A stretch of 64,000 nt of DNA, from positions 72,154,065 to 72,218,064 of the forward strand of contig NC_068991.1 in the NCBI RefSeq assembly GCF_001194135.2, read 5' to 3'. Each line of letters starts with the position of its first letter. Position 1 is the stretch's first letter. A program made the translations under genes and the position numbers. A model generated the notes under the pieces. It was not told the DNA's origin. It did not search any database and saw nothing but the letters and a program-made list of their open reading frames with translations. This stretch comes from Octopus bimaculoides. Its lineage: Eukaryota. Positions 63,247 through 64,000 of this stretch are shown here, in pieces.

Positions 63247-64000
63247 GGTGAGACATAACACATATTCTAAACAACTTGAAAATTCCATTATCCAACTAAA
63301 AGTACAAAGTCTTTGTAATTAAGAAAGAAGGGGAGGGCCTCCAAGAACAAAGGAGGATTGATGAAGAGGGGTTAGGAATGGAAGATGAGAGGGTCAAATG
63401 GGGTTATGGTTTGTCATATGATCTAGCATGAAACACTTCAAATTATGTCAGATAACAGATTTACTTGGTGATTTGCATCATCATAAAACCATAGAGAAGG
63501 GCTGGGAAAAGGGGCTGCACAATGTAGGACTGACCTAAAGTGCTAAATATCTAAAATAGTGGGTTATCTAGCTCTAGGGCTGCTGATACCTAGTTGAATA
63601 TTAGCGACCCTGGTGTTGGATACCCTCCGAAAAGATGAAAAGATCACAACTTGAATGCTTTTGAAATCAGGAACTGCTCACTTGGGTTGGGCTAGACCTG
63701 GACTAAACAACAACGACAACAACAACCTTTGCTTATATTGTTACTACTAGAATAAACTTCTGTAAATTATTTTCTTCTTTTTCTAACTCCATGGAAAGGT
63801 CACATGGGGTTTATTAATATAAGCGTTCATTTAATCTACAGACCCAGGTATGGGTGTATTAGAGCCATTTAAATGATATTAAATGTATTTTCTATATGTC
63901 GGTTAGTCCACCCAAGTATTTTAGTTGTTGTTGTTGTTGTTGCTGTTGTTTTTTTTATTTATATATTTACTATTTTCTCCCACCAAAAAAAAATTGTTTT

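Overview
Repeat-dense, AT-rich eukaryotic draft scaffold with seven N gaps, most likely from an octopus (inferred from the SINE families and from TA/TG/GAT microsatellites). No intact protein-coding ORF is recognisable. Most of the long ORFs in the track are artefacts of microsatellites or N runs; the few protein-like ones are transposon remnants. The window is a mosaic of at least four SINE-like families, many RTE-LINE 3' ends, and decayed relics of RTE, CR1/L2, CRE-like, Penelope-like, Copia (GalEa-like), MULE, Tc1/mariner and hAT elements. It also holds several MITEs and a 977-bp solo LTR. A CpG-retaining zone at about 33.5-38 kb contains a probable minus-strand promoter and non-coding first exon (CCAAT, YY1-like site, GTAAGT donor), so the left part may be intronic sequence of a host gene whose coding exons I could not identify. 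The most notable structures are a ~325-bp non-SINE inverted repeat (43.2/45.2 kb) with a near-perfect core around a TE-filled spacer, and a Penelope-type minimal hammerhead ribozyme at 12.3 kb. Most repeat boundaries are approximate, and all family assignments were made by eye without a database search.
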